From: Balanoglossus misakiensis
Taxonomy: Eukaryota; Animalia; Hemichordata
Direction: 5' to 3'
DNA length: 64,000 nt
NCBI GenBank assembly: GCA_040954595.2
Contig: CM082587.2
Span: 5,754,206 to 5,818,205 of the forward strand
Positions 1 to 13,953 of this stretch are shown here, in pieces (position 1 is the first letter of the stretch; the number at the start of each line of letters is the position of its first letter). The translations under genes were made by a program, and so were the position numbers. The notes under the pieces were generated by a model. It did not search any database. It saw only the letters and a program-made list of their open reading frames with translations, and was not told the origin of the DNA.

Positions 1-51
1 TTGAATGCAGGATTTGTTGAATGCTTATTTTGTCCATTTTACAAACTTTTA

Positions 52-1309
52 CCACGGAATTCTTTTTACCAGCACCAAACGGCAAACTGGCAACATCGTA
101 TTTCTTTCATGCCAGCAACGCGTTATCTCTAAAATTGTAACAACGTCACAATGTACTAGACAAAGAGGCGTCCCCCATCCCAATTGCGCAGTTGAAGTAC
201 GTGCGTGTTGAGAGAGAGACGTGAACAGAAAGGGGTAGGAGACTGACTTGAACACGGACGACGAGAGTTGTTTAGCGTGTCGAACGCTGCTCTACGAAGC
301 TCGTAGTTACCTACTGACCGGGACATTTGCGCTTGAACGGACTGGGTTCCTCCCGATTGCCGCACGCCGGCGGGTATGAAAGTGTAGGCTAAGACGTCGA
401 TCCACCGGCCGGCTGCACTGTTCCCAACATTACCAGCTCCACGCCACTTTGAGCTGCACCGCGGTCGGATATCCCACCCCGGCTGCCGGACAGCATATGA
501 AGGTGTCTGAGGCCTTTTCTAGTCAAAACTTTGGGGTTTTCGGAATGGGAAATAGCGGAACAAGAACATGGATACATGTATATACTAAATCATGAACGCC
601 AAACAAACACGTTGAAAAAGCCAGATCTGAAAAATTCATGTGGCGTCCGCCGCTGGGCGCATTGACGCGTCAACGTTTTTTTCAAACAACGTAACCTGTC
701 ACGATTGCTGCCACAAACAACAAGTTCGTGCGTAGGTCGAGAAAGTTCTCAAGCGGCCGGGTGATCGCGGCAAGGTTAGCGGCGGCCTCGCACGCCCGAA
801 TTTGCCACAAAACTATCAGTCCACACAGCAATGCCGTTCAAACTCTTCCGTCGTATTTATTTCAACACAAATTCAGAATACAACACGGCAGTTTGGTACG
901 TCGTCTCTATCCTACACTGCTAATTCTCATCTCAATCTCTAAAAAAGTTCAACAGACGGGATACACTGCAACCCGCGGCACTAGGAACGGCAAAATTCAC
1001 GTCTCTGCTTCACAGGAATCTACCGACCTGAAGTGGGAGGAACCCAGTCCGTTCAAGTACAAATGTCCCGGTAAGAAGGTAACTACGAGCTTCCTAGAGC
1101 AGCGTTCGAGTCGACACGTCTCTCTCAACACGTACGTACTTCAACTGCGCAATAGGGATGGGGGGGGCGCCTCTTTGTCTACTAAATTGTGACGTTGTTA
1201 CAATTTTAGAGATAACGTGTCGGGCCCCCTCAAAGAAAGCCGGTGGCCCCCTCAAAGAAAGCCGGTGTTGCTAGTTTGGCATTCGTTGCTAGTAAAAAGA
1301 ATTTTGTAG
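52..1309. mobile_element. Non-autonomous DNA element (MITE-like) with ~280-300 bp imperfect terminal inverted repeats and TA flanks (Tc1/mariner-type TSD)
   Basis: 52-354 is the imperfect reverse complement of 1035-1309 (e.g. cgttatctctaaaattgtaacaacgtcacaat vs attgtgacgttgttacaattttagagataacg). TA at 50-51 and 1310-1311. No transposase ORF inside. Confidence 0.85.
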
Positions 1310-1342
1310 TAATCATTCATAGAACAGTAACTGATGAGGAAC

Positions 1343-2470
1343 TCACTTTGTGTCCTGGTGCCATGACGATGGCTCTTGCAGGGGGTGCAGACCGGTGGCC
1401 AGCTGTACTTCGTATTCCGCGGGCAATGAATGCGTCAGAACCCCCCTGTCTTCAATCCTGAACAGCTCCTCCTCGTACACTGGGTACGGGGAGATCGTGC
1501 GACTTTCGTGGTATCGCCGCGGCGACACCGACCCGTCCTCGAACTTCTTCGGACTCCGTGAATTCCGGTGGTTCCTTGCCGGCGTCAGCCTCCCGGAATC
1601 GGAGATCGTTTCCGAGGATCTACCGTGTACCTGAACGTGTTTCGCGTCGGTCTGCGAGCTCTGTCGGGACAAGTCTTTTCTCTCGGGGACAGAGTTTTTC
1701 CGTTGCAGTTCCCGCCTTTCCACGACGCTTTTGGCACCCGCGCTCTCCCCGCCGTGCTGTAGAGATGTCCGGGACGCGGTGATGAGTTTGGAAGCGTCTT
1801 TTTGCCTTTCCGAGGGCCCATCCTTCATGCTGGCCACGGGCAACACTTTCTTCTTCTCCCCCGGCTTCTCCGCGACTCTCCTCCTCTCGCCTTCCGACTT
1901 TTCCGGCTTCCTCCGCGCCGTGCTCCGCGCGCTTTTCGGACTGGCGCCGCCGCCTTCGTCCGGATCCGAGCGCGGCTCCTTGGAATAGTTCCTTGAATCG
2001 CCCTGCATGACTCTCTCCCTGTCGTCGTTGTGCAAAACCCGGGGCGTCCGGGGGCTACCCTGCTCCCCCTCCTCCGCAACCACGGAAACGCCCTGCTCCA
2101 CAGCGTCCCCTTCCCTCACACTTCCCACGTGTTCACTCCCACTCCACTTTGAAGGCTCCGGGTGTTCATTTTGATTTTGACCGTCAACATTCCACATGTC
2201 GTCCTGAGCATGCGCGGATGACAGCTCACTCTCTCCGTGACTGGATTCTTTCGACGACGGCGACTTTTCCTGGATGCCATCATCTTTCGCTTTCCACTGC
2301 TCCTTGGGTTCCGTCGGTCTCTGCGGCCTGGCGTACGCCTCGTAGGCGGGATCGTATTGCAGGGATTCCTCATACATGGGGTATGAAGGCCAACTCCCAC
2401 CGTCACCATGTTCCTTGCTTGGAGGATTGGAATCTCGCCTCTGGATTGATGACAGCTTCCTGGGGAAAGT
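1343..2470 (-). CDS. ARM-FN3 gene exon 18 (Ser/Arg/Glu-rich disordered tail; last exon visible)
   Basis: Acceptor cccag|ACT at 2470, phase 0, in frame with the 380-aa ORF; GC-rich codon usage. Stop TGA overlaps a GTGAGT donor consensus. Confidence 0.85.
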   Translation of the reverse strand, partial: TFPRKLSSIQRRDSNPPSKEHGDGGSWPSYPMYEESLQYDPAYEAYARPQRPTEPKEQWKAKDDGIQEKSPSSKESSHGESELSSAHAQDDMWNVDGQNQNEHPEPSKWSGSEHVGSVREGDAVEQGVSVVAEEGEQGSPRTPRVLHNDDRERVMQGDSRNYSKEPRSDPDEGGGASPKSARSTARRKPEKSEGERRRVAEKPGEKKKVLPVASMKDGPSERQKDASKLITASRTSLQHGGESAGAKSVVERRELQRKNSVPERKDLSRQSSQTDAKHVQVHGRSSETISDSGRLTPARNHRNSRSPKKFEDGSVSPRRYHESRTISPYPVYEEELFRIEDRGVLTHSLPAEYEVQLATGLHPLQEPSSWHQDTK

Positions 2471-5400
2471 CTGGGTATCCAACAAACAAGATAACTATTA
2501 CAATTCTGGTCATCAAAAAAAACACCTAGCGAATTACATTATTGACGAATGATGTGTGTATCATGGACATCCATGGAATTTTTACAGAATTTTATCAGGT
2601 AAGGGTTGCTACAAATACCGGTAATTATGGACACAAAACAATCATATTAAGTGGTCTTACCTCTCCGTTGGCCTCAGCTGTTCGCGATGATGGCCTACTC
2701 TGGCCTGAGAATTGAAATGGAATAAAAAATTAATTGAATTTTCCACACTGTCCCTCGATCGCCATACGTGTTTCCAGCCACAACAGCAAGACCAGATGTC
2801 ACAACCATCTCCATCCTGTCCATCACACAGAATTATCAATTGGCCACAATTCTCTTTGATTTGTACCATTGAAGGTTGTCTTTTCTTATTTTTGTTGTTC
2901 GAAATATAAGCAATAATTTTTATTCTTAAGATATTACAGTAAAGCTGTAACACTGGCAATGAAATTATCCCAAAAAAGTGCTCGTTACCTGGCTGGTGTT
3001 GTTGCATGCTGACGTGGTCGGAGAAGTTGTAGTAACTCACTGGTGCTGTACTCTGCCCTGCATTCTGGATTTGACCGTGACTTTGCCTCGGCTGAAACAG
3101 ACACAGAAACAAAAATTTAGCCTTATGACAACAGGACAATCTTCAGTGATACTATAAATGTATTTTACAATTTGTCTTGAGTCACACGTCCGCTACAAGA
3201 GTACAATGCAGCTGGCTGTAACTAGAGCTCTGTGTTGCCATTTGGCCATGGCACTTACGAAGGGATCCCGTGTGACAATAGATATAATTAAATTCAAATC
3301 ATGCAGGTACGTAGCAGCATGGTTCAAGCTCTGAAATAGTCAGCTTGGGAGTTTAAATCTCACAGTTCCATTGAACATATCACTTTAAAGTGCCGGCATG
3401 CCAATGCATAGTGAATTACAAATCATGGAAGCCATTTTAGTCCTTTTACTATTAACACATGTAAAAAAATGTGTGGTCACACAGTACAAATGTTTGGACA
3501 GATTTCATTCACACTTCGCAATTAATGGGTACAACTCTGTAAAATTGTACAACAGTACACTGTGCTACAAGTTTGTACAAACAGCAAGTAGTGAATAACT
3601 TAATACACGTTATACTTGTTCCAGTATTCAATGCTCATAAAAGTGTTGAGCTATCACACGTGCACATAGCGTGGTATGCATGACAGCATATTTCACACAC
3701 ATGTACTGTGCTGCTGTGAAGTTATTTAAACGACTGTGGCAGTGTGCGGGACAGTGGGCAGAGCTGTGATGCTGTGCACACACCTGGTCTGTGTTCATCA
3801 GTTTCTGCAAGCACTGAGTTTAACCCTTTCATCCCCAATGCGCACGTTGAAGGTACATGTACGGCATACCACTTGGCATACGACACAGTGCAATTAAGCA
3901 CGAGACCAACACCGAACTATGACACCGAACAAGCCAACACTGACCTATGAAATTACCCAGCATGCAGTTCCAGAAACCCCACTTACCCAGAATACCTTGC
4001 AAGAGGTAACTGCCTGCACATTTGTCCTCTATTTTGTGTGAGCATTGAAAAGAAAAGATGTTTTAAAGGAAATATTTTTTTCTTTATAACGACATCATTT
4101 ATGTTTTTAAAAAATACGGCCTGTCTTCTAGCAAAAGTACCCTCATACAATTCGTACAGAATTGTACTGCAGTTGAATATCAGCAGTACAAACCGTTGGA
4201 CATCCATGTGCCACATTCCTGGTTGTCATCAGGTCCGAGTTAATTCCATATTACTAGTATTCAGCAATTAACAGAGCAGGATCTGAGATTTTCATGGATG
4301 TCAAAGTTATTTTAGAGTTCCTGCGGGTTTTTTCATCTGTCAATTCCTGGTGTTGTAAGTGGGTTTTTTTGGTGTTTATAAGTTCCTGGGTACAGGTGTC
4401 GGCAATTTCAAAGTTCCAGTCAGTCGTGTCCAACTGCAAACTCGTGCAGTAATCACCAATCTTCTACTTCATCAACTTTGCTCATTTTTGAAACATCCAT
4501 TCCCACACATTTTTTGCATTTTCTCCCCTTTTTTTCAGTTTGTACCGTATGTACACCCGCCATGTGCGTCTTTACGATGGGTTGACAATTAAATTTCAGA
4601 AACCCTACTTTGTGTTTGTTTCTTTTGTTCATACAGTTTCGTCTAAAAGTTTGCGCTTCTAAGATTGTCAGTTTCTACATAGTAACATTCTGAGATATGA
4701 ACAGTAAATGACATGAATTTTAAATAAAATGAAATTTAAAGACATCTGTAATTCCATACTGCTTCAGATGACATTTTACTCCGTTAGCATTTTTTTAGCT
4801 CTTAGATAGTTTTCTGTACATTTAGAAACAGAGCGCAAAATATGCAGCTACGGTCAGGTGACTTCAGACCTATTTTGTGAATCTCACACCTGAAAGACAA
4901 GATGCAATGTTAAAGGTAAGAAACTCACAGAAAAGTTTCAATAGTTCAGAAATGACTGTGGCTTACCCTACTACCGGAAGGCGTCTTCGGTTTGGACTTG
5001 GACGACATCTCTCTTTCTCTGGTTTCCCTATCCTTGACCGAGGACGATGATGCGGAGTGTTGGTATTCCATGGAAAGCTGAGGCTGCCTGGGTTTTTTCT
5101 TGGCTGTGGAGAGCGGAAAAGTAAACGGCGATCTTACCTTCAGTTCAAAGCGCCCTCTTGAGGTAGGACTCAGGATCACTGAATTTTGCAAAGGCAGTAC
5201 AATCTCTCAACAGGCACACTTTCACCTCAGGAATATTTCACTGACAACCAATATAACAAGCAAAACCATACTGAACTATGATCAATTACTTACATGATTT
5301 AGGTTGTCTGTCGTCTTGTCTGACAGGAGGCGACGCAAACAGAGGTCCGGTCGAAGGAATGCCATTGTCTACACATGCAGTAAAACAAACAGAAGCATGT

Positions 5401-8400
5401 AAGGACAGCTCTAAATATCCATGATTCGATGTCAGTGTCTCAAAATAAAAACAGCATAAAATGTGAGAGGTTTCAGGGGCTGTGCATGTTTTTAAAGGTA
5501 TACGGTCACCTAATATGCAAATTCAGCCACAGTCATCATAGAAAGTTGAGTTCTAGCCAATGACAGATTTTCATGGGTGGCCACATAACACCCTTCTGAC
5601 CATATATGGGCATATATAAATTAAGGGTGACTGTATACCATGCTGTACTGAACTACCAACTACAAGAAAGATTTACTAACATTCATCTTTTGGCGTCCTT
5701 TTCTTGGCAGGATCGCTTTCACACCGTCCTTCACTCGTGACAGCAATTACCTGAGAAAGAAAAGAATACAACTCTCATTCGTACAAGAGTCATACATTCT
5801 CTTCATATTTTTGAGACAAATGCTATTGGATAAACTGCTTAAAATGTATCACCATGGTTTGTTTCCGTATTTTTTTAAACAAAACATTATGGTGCACGCA
5901 GGTCATATCTCGCGAACAACTTGACCAAATTTAATTGAAGTTTGTACGTCCATATTACGTGAGACCTTCATTTCATGTCTGGTCTTGTTAGTACCCCAGT
6001 ACTTTAGGACTCAGCCATGTCCCTTAGACTCTCTCACAGCCAACGGTTCGATTTTTCGCTACAACAAGGCTCTTCACTGACGTGCCCTAAACCGTTTGGC
6101 AAGGGAGAAGCACCGTTTGGTGTTGCGTACACATGCAATCAGACCATAAGCCTGCACGGACGGCGAGAGGGGTTGTGAGAGAGTATACCATGTCCCCCCA
6201 CTCTATTTCTAACACCCACTTACTGTGAAGTAGTACTCCGTGTCGTGCTTGAGCCTCCTGGCAGTGAAGCTGGTGTTGGTTCCCGAGTAGATGACCTTGC
6301 CGTTTTGCGTGAGCTCGAAGCGGTGCAGTCTGCCCAGCGGCAACTCCGGGTGATCCCAGGAGACGTAGATCTCGCTCTTCCCGTGCACCGTCAAACTGGG
6401 CTTGTCCGGTGCGTGCTGGCCTGTACGGTGTGGCAACAGAAAACAACAAAATGACAGAAACTTCAGTTTTCTTTGAAACTGGCGTGATGAGTACATGACA
6501 CAAATATTGCAAAACTACCGAGTATAAATGAAAACACAGGAAATGATCAATGAATAAGGATTTTCCTGGCTATGGACAAGCTAATCTCTACAGTATGGAT
6601 TTTTACCAGTAATGTGACAATGTGGTTTGGAAATGTCACATACAGCAGTGTTCAAGACTAATGGATTTTGCTTTACAGACTTCTAAGACTTTAAAGGAGT
6701 TGGTGCTATTCAATTGGTCACAGGCATGTATTAAATTTATTCTATTTGATCGGATGGATGGGTGGATGGATCAAATTTTTTTTATGGGTGATGGGAGTAG
6801 AGACAAGACGGAAGGATCTTATCAACAACTACGACAAAACTTTGACAACTTTGGATAGCATTGTCCTTTTCTGCATATAACTTCACTTACAGATGCAGTA
6901 CCTATCACTGTGTTCTGTCTGATCATGCAATGAATCCTAGAGTCCATGTCAGGTTGCTGGGTTATAGGAGGGGAAGGGAGGGGAGAGGAGGGCAACATAT
7001 CCAGGGACAGACATGGTAGCACGGTACCGATGAAATGCTACATGCAAAAAAACCTACAGGTTACCATGGCTACACTATTGGAAAGTATAAACATATCAGT
7101 AGGTCACCTTGGGAGGTTTTTATCTTATCTCTGATCTCAGGTAAAGATGGAGGCTTAGTAAAAGAGGCTGGATAGGAAAATAGAAGCGTTAGCTCTTCAG
7201 AGAAAAGAGATAAAAAAACACAACGGAAGTGTAAAATCAAAACGCGACAATTTCAAAACAAAATACAGAAATTATATGATTTTCTTAAAACACAATAACA
7301 CACATGCTCCACAAGGAAGCATTCTATTTTGTGCATCTGTTGATGCCATAAATTGATGTTTAAATTCTGCTCATCTGGCAGTTCTGTTTATTTCTAGAAT
7401 GGAAAGTACACTCACCTAACTCAGTAGTTGTGGCTGACAGTGATGCCCTTTGACCTTTGCCCTTTGAAGTCACAGCACAAACCTGATGGGGGAAAAACAT
7501 GAGCAGTTGGGAATTTAGCAAGAACTTAACACGTCCCAGATTGTCATGGATGATGGATGCATTAAAAGCCAACCGGTCTTACCTGTATTTCATAAGTAGT
7601 TCCTGCAGCCAGTCCCATTACAATTGAATTCAGTTCAGTCGTGTTGTCAATGGGAGTTTTGCCTGTAACGGAGAACATCAAAGTCCAATTATTAGCTGTA
7701 ATTTAAGGCTGTTTTTTTCAGGATTTTTTTCAGTGTATTAACTGGTGTTTCTTGTTCAAATTCCCATAGCATTGCAACTTACCATTGTAAACAACATAGC
7801 CTCTTATCGTTCCATTCGGGAACTCAGGGGGCGCCCAACAGATTTTCACCTGGGTCGTTGTCACGCCGATGACCCTGAGATCCGTGGGCGCTTCCGGGAC
7901 CGACTCTTCCGTAGTTGCCACGGCGACGTCACTGAAGGGGCTGCTGTCTCCCTCGGTGCAGGTTAGCAACTTGAACGAGTACTGTCTGTCGGGTCGAAGG
8001 TCACCAACAACACAGTTGCAGTCATGGCCGTCGTACACACACCTGTTACCTGGTTGAAGAAAAAGCAGTCAGACACATTATCTAGACGTACATGTACAGT
8101 GTTGAATGTGGTCATACTTTGACAGGGAATTCAAAGCAAACAGCCCTGGCATTATTTGGAACACGGACTACGCAACAAAGGTGCTCTCTCACCAACTGTA
8201 GTGCATTTTGAGCAAACCCTGCCTACAATGGAGAAGTCAGGGGACAAACATTCTATTGTGGCTAAAAAAAATCAGGTATCCACGATGGGATCGGTGTCTG
8301 TAAGGTCCGATTTCACTGTACATTTGCATCTTGTGGTTCAATTCCTTCACAACACATGCTTATAACCCACAGAAGACAGCAAAAAGCCCCGCATAATGCA

Positions 8401-11400
8401 AGCTGTATGGTGGAACCTTTACCTTCATAAAGTTTGTATGAAATTTCAAGTCCAGACTTCAACTGGACCCGGTCCCACTCGGCGGTGACGGAGGACGAGT
8501 CTGTCACTTGAATTCTTGGCGGTGCGGGCTTCTCCAACTTCTTCAACAATTCCAGGGTCAGCAGCACTTCCTCCTTGAGATCTTCACTGATCTTGGGTTT
8601 CGTTTCCGCCTCCTGTAGTAAAAACAAGTGCACTGTAAGTCACGGCGTAGTGGTGGCATTCACGCACACTCTCTGAATTTTCACCCTTTCACCACTAATG
8701 GTTTGGTCCAAATCCATTAATTCCCATGGTACAGTTGGAACTCTTCATATGTAAACAGGGGTGAAAGCTTAATATACACACATACACAATGTACATCTTG
8801 TTCTGTCTATGACTGTGAATTCTCGGTTTTGAAGTATGCGTTTCCTATCGTGGAACCACAACTTACCTTCAGGGACAGCAGTACTTGTTTGTGATCTCGG
8901 AGTCGGAGACAACCTTTCCTCTTACTGGCCAGCGTCCGAAGAGTCCTGTGAGAGAAGACATGGTGTTAGCGATATCTACATCTTCAAACTTTAACCAAAA
9001 TGATGGATATCAATTATGGGCTTTCAGTAGCAACTCACCAAAATGAATAATCGGTCTCTACCGTTTAATCATTTCGGCGAGATTTTGACTGTCATATCCT
9101 ACAAGCGGGATAAAAGTTGTGTGTGGTCGAACGTTGATTCACTATATATCCACATGTAGAATAACATAAATGGTGTCTTGTATAAAACATAATTAATGGA
9201 AAAAGAGTCAGCAAGAGACTTTGTCCCTTTAATATTCCACTGGCACTCACATTGCGGCAAACCATCCAGTCTCCGGGTCGTCGGCATCCAGCAGCTTGGC
9301 CAGCGTGAGCAGCATGGCTTCCGAGAGCGGGGTGTCCAGCAGCCTGTTGTGGCCGTCTTCGCTGCCGGCCAGGCAGCTGATGGCGAAGCAGGCGTTCTTG
9401 CTGCATCCCATGTCGTCGCTGCCCAGCATGGTACACAGGGACGACAGCTGCAGGTGGGGCGGGGGGGGGGGGGGGGGGATGAGGGGCAGACAAGACAAGG
9501 CAAGGAAACATGCAATCAATACATGGAATACTGACTACAGTACAGTCATACAGTAAGTGAGTTTTGACACAACTGAAATGTCCACATAAAATGCAACTGC
9601 AATCTTTGGTAATGTGAAGTTCATTCAGAAATTTGCACACTACTGTACCCAGTAATAATAAAGAAAATTTGTAATGCACCTATATCTCTGTTAAAAGGAA
9701 CTCAAGGCACAAGAACGGCTAAAAATTACTTACCATTTTATGCGATTCGTTCAGCCCTAACAACCTGGCCCTGCCCGTCTCCATGTCACAGAGTCTACCA
9801 ATGGCAAATGCAGCATTCATTCCACGACCTGTCAGGCAACAAGACGAACACAACATCTTGGTAAACACAAGCACACAGAATCAGTTAGTCTTTGTGGTGA
9901 CTTACAGCAAGTGGAGGTATGTTCATGACTATGCGATGTCCCCATATCAACACTAACAAATTTGAATAAAATTAAAATTGAAATTTGTAGGAGTTACTGT
10001 ACGTGTACAATGAGATGAGATGACCTGTAGGGCATACATTACTGTGGAATACTAAAACAGAACCCCATGACAAGATCGTGCAAGTGCAATGTGACGCTGG
10101 TATTTGCACTAACCTGCATCATCAAGGCCCAGAGACAAGACCAACTTGGTCAGAATACCAGTCGACTGCTCGTGGTCTAACAAGCTGTTGCTGCCGGCTT
10201 CTGAAATTGTTAACCTGTAACCATGGTGATAGGAAAACGACCACAAATGTAGGTTTGACTGTACATGTATCTATATGTCTCTTACATTTCAAACTGATTT
10301 TTAATATTTACTCAAATTACTGACGATTTTCTCGAACGCCAGATGGAACGGAAGCACCCACCTTGCCAACACTAGCGCCGCATTGCTGGCCGTCCACATG
10401 TTATCACTACTCAGCAAATTAGTGATCTGCAGGATGGTCTTGTTGAGGCAATCGTGGTGGAGTATCCAGTCGCGACCCTCCGGACTTTCAGCCTGCAGTC
10501 GGAAAAGTGGGAAAAAAATATGGGTCAGGATATTTGGCGAATGATAAACATTTAAATTGCTACGTCATGTATGATATTACAGTACTTACTTTCAGCACTT
10601 TAGATGCATAGAGTGGCTAACTCAATTATGAAGCTCGCTAACACTGGTATTAAAAACAAATGTGACACACACACACATGCACACACATATACACACACAC
10701 ATGCACACACACATACACACACACACACATACACACACACACGCACATACATGTACTACCAACACATACACACACATACATACACACACATGCATACACA
10801 CACACACACGCACATACATGTACTACCAACACACATACACACACACACATACACCTACACACACCATCCAACTTACCAGCGTTCCCATGGTACCCGCAGC
10901 ATTCATCACAGACTCGGGGTCGTCAAAGGCCAGCATTTCCGTCAGGTCGTCCAGTATCCTCTGAGCGTCTTGGTCCTTGATCAGGGACAGCACCCTCATC
11001 TGGCCCTGATCGCTCTCGGCCAGGGTGCCCAGTATGTAGGCCGAGTTGCCCGCCACCCTGCAAGAAACCAAGACAAGTTTTTTTAATGCTTCATTTATAT
11101 GGATAGCCATTATTCCTCCTTCTATTCTTCACTTGGTGAGCTGGGGGTAACTCTTGTATAGTGCGCCCTCTATAGCGTTCATGAGTTATGATCACAATCA
11201 ACAGGTGGTTGTCCTGTTATCAAAGGATTCACAGGATGCAGCCTGTATTCCTTCATTCGCAACACTGAACGTGTGGTATGTTGCATTAGTTCAAGTTTAT
11301 ATAACCACTAGAATGCAATATTCTAATTGGCTATGTACATTTGTGTACATGAACATCAACAGTTCAGCAACTTCTGTTTAATAATGATTTAAATTTAATG

Positions 11401-13867
11401 ACAAACATGTTCCCACATGCGAAAGTTAATAATATCTCGATGGTTTCAGAAGAAAACTAACGAAAGCAATTGAAAACTTTTTTAACTAATTAGAAGCATG
11501 ATCTTGTTTGTATATATACATCTGCATCTCAATGGTGACAGAAAAAGCCAACTTTTGAATTTAATCATGACTCACAGTCTGCAATCAGATATTTAAGTCG
11601 CACTGCACATTTCACGCTATATGCTGTATAATAAAACCAGCATCCGAAAACCTGTCTAATGTGAACATGAAACAGCTAAGATGTTCAGTCAATACAGGCC
11701 GGTGTTCACAGCGGTTCATTTTACATGGTGTGTCCTTACACACACAGTACATGTACATGTATGTGAAATGGGTAGATTTTCCCGATTGACAAGCAACCTG
11801 TTTACACAGTACAAGCTTCTTCCATGCAGGTTCCGTTTCACTCTGTAAATAGCTATGAATATCTAAGATGTTTGTACTGGCATATTGATAAAAAAAGAGT
11901 GCTTTTTTTGTCAAGGGCCATTCTGTGGAATTGACTTCGACTTAAACCTGAATTGTGGGACGGCCGTCGCTGTTTACCCGTGATTATTATGCCTCTGCTT
12001 TTGGTCAACGCGCCATTGAACGCGGCATAATACCATCGCAGATCACTCCAGCCTCACAAAGGTTCTATTTAAACGGCTGCTTAACGGCTGAATGGACCTC
12101 GCCATCACTACACCCAGCCATGATAAATGAACAGCTATATTTAACCGAGACTCCCGGAACAGTAAACACTTGTGAGAGAGAAATAAATGTGTTTATCACC
12201 CCCACAAAAGGCAGCCACAATACTATTGATCACAAATGGGGTTTATGCTCTGTAGCTCCCCCGCTTAAAGAGCTAAAAACAGCCGTCTCAATAGTCGCCA
12301 CTGAAGTGGGCTGTCCATCACAGGGGTCACCGCAATCAATTGAGCAGGGTTGTTTAAAGGTCGTCGCCACGGCAACAATCAGCCAACAAGCCGAACTGTC
12401 ATCAGTGCTACAAGCAGCCGTGTGAGATATACATGTATATGTTTTATATCAACTGGTCCTACTGAGCTGCGTGTAATAGCATGACCTCAAGTAACAGAAG
12501 ATAAAACGTTTGATCTACAGACTACGAGTTACCTGCACACAGTGTCTTTCTAGTTTCAGTTTACATCACAGTGTGTCAGTGGTATTTCTTTTCATTATGT
12601 GAATCAAAACCAATTTCTAATTACACTCCTTATACCATGTATACCTATCTAGCTAATGGATCTTTGAACCAATGAAATACATGTATAAGAAAAGGTACAC
12701 CTCGAGTTACTTCAACTGCCAAATCCTCGGGTACACACTTACTACAGCACTTCAGGATAACTTGAGTACAGTTGCCGGGCGACAGAATAAATCTGATTTG
12801 TTTACCAACACACATTGTCTATTCATGACAAATGCCTCCAATGAATTGTAATGTAAAGCACACTCATGAAGCAAACTTTGTGTGAGTAGTTGCAGATCCC
12901 ATCGCTGGACTTTCTGTGGTGTTTATAGACCAAGAACTTTTTGAAGAGTTAGACCAAACTAGTTCGATTCTTTAATTTATCGTACAATCCTTTCCTCACA
13001 CAGAGAATACACACATCAAGTCAGCTAAAACAAGCCAAAGATCGGTCTGTGATGCGACACGCCTAAAATATTCAATCTTACCCTCTCTCTAGTACCTCCA
13101 TGATCTTACATAATGATGAATCTGCTATGAATCAAAATGAGTTACAAAATGCTGGTTCAGCGATGAGCAGGGATTGCCAAATGAGTTAAATTGAAAGGTT
13201 TTCCTTACACTGTTACAGAGGTGGTATTTTTTATCTGAATCTCGATGTACCCATAGTTTATAGACTTGACCCCATTGTCTCCACTGTAAATACCTGAATG
13301 AACAATTGCTGGTATTCTGATAGCTTTTGTTTTAACCACACCATTGTTACACCTGATTGATTAGCTGTACACAATGGCAATTAGTGACTTAATTGTGTTC
13401 AGCTTGATGAGAACAGTTAACAATAATCAACAAGTTTCCGATGACCCTTAATATTCATAGATAGCTTTTTTTTCATACAGATTTCTTAGCAGTCCTGTAG
13501 CCTAAGGAATTGGGCTTGATCCACATTTAGGCTAGGGTTACAGTAGAATTTAACCCAATAGTTTTAGTGCTTATTTTGGTGTTGAACATTTAATAGCAGT
13601 GTTCAACAAAGATCACCAGTGCAAGTTCTATACTGTAAACAGCGTATCTGGTGTCGGGTCATGTGATGTGACCAGGAGCCAGTCAATGCCACAGAGTTCA
13701 AAGTTGTATGTTGGGGTGGCATACATGTACATCGTACATGTAGTTTATACCCCACTGAAAAGTTTTACCAGAATTCATCTAATGTGCTACCCACGATGCA
13801 TCTCTCCACATCCCACAATGCACTGCTGTTATGCAATGATCACAGTGCACAGGATTCGTTGTAACAT

Positions 13868-13905
<38 letters not shown>

Positions 13906-13912
13906 ACACACA

Positions 13913-13953
<41 letters not shown>

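Noticed and set aside
728-1192. 154-aa ORF inside the TIR element
   Set aside because: No DDE/HTH motif, runs into the TIR; not a transposase.
2768-2815. Candidate exon DGDGCDIWSCCCGWKH in the ARM-FN3 gene
   Set aside because: Phase incompatible with the 2989 donor and 2704 acceptor (gives an in-frame stop); the model closes without it.
11955-12425. 156-aa plus-strand ORF in intron 1
   Set aside because: GTG start, no recognisable domain or codon bias; more plausibly non-coding.
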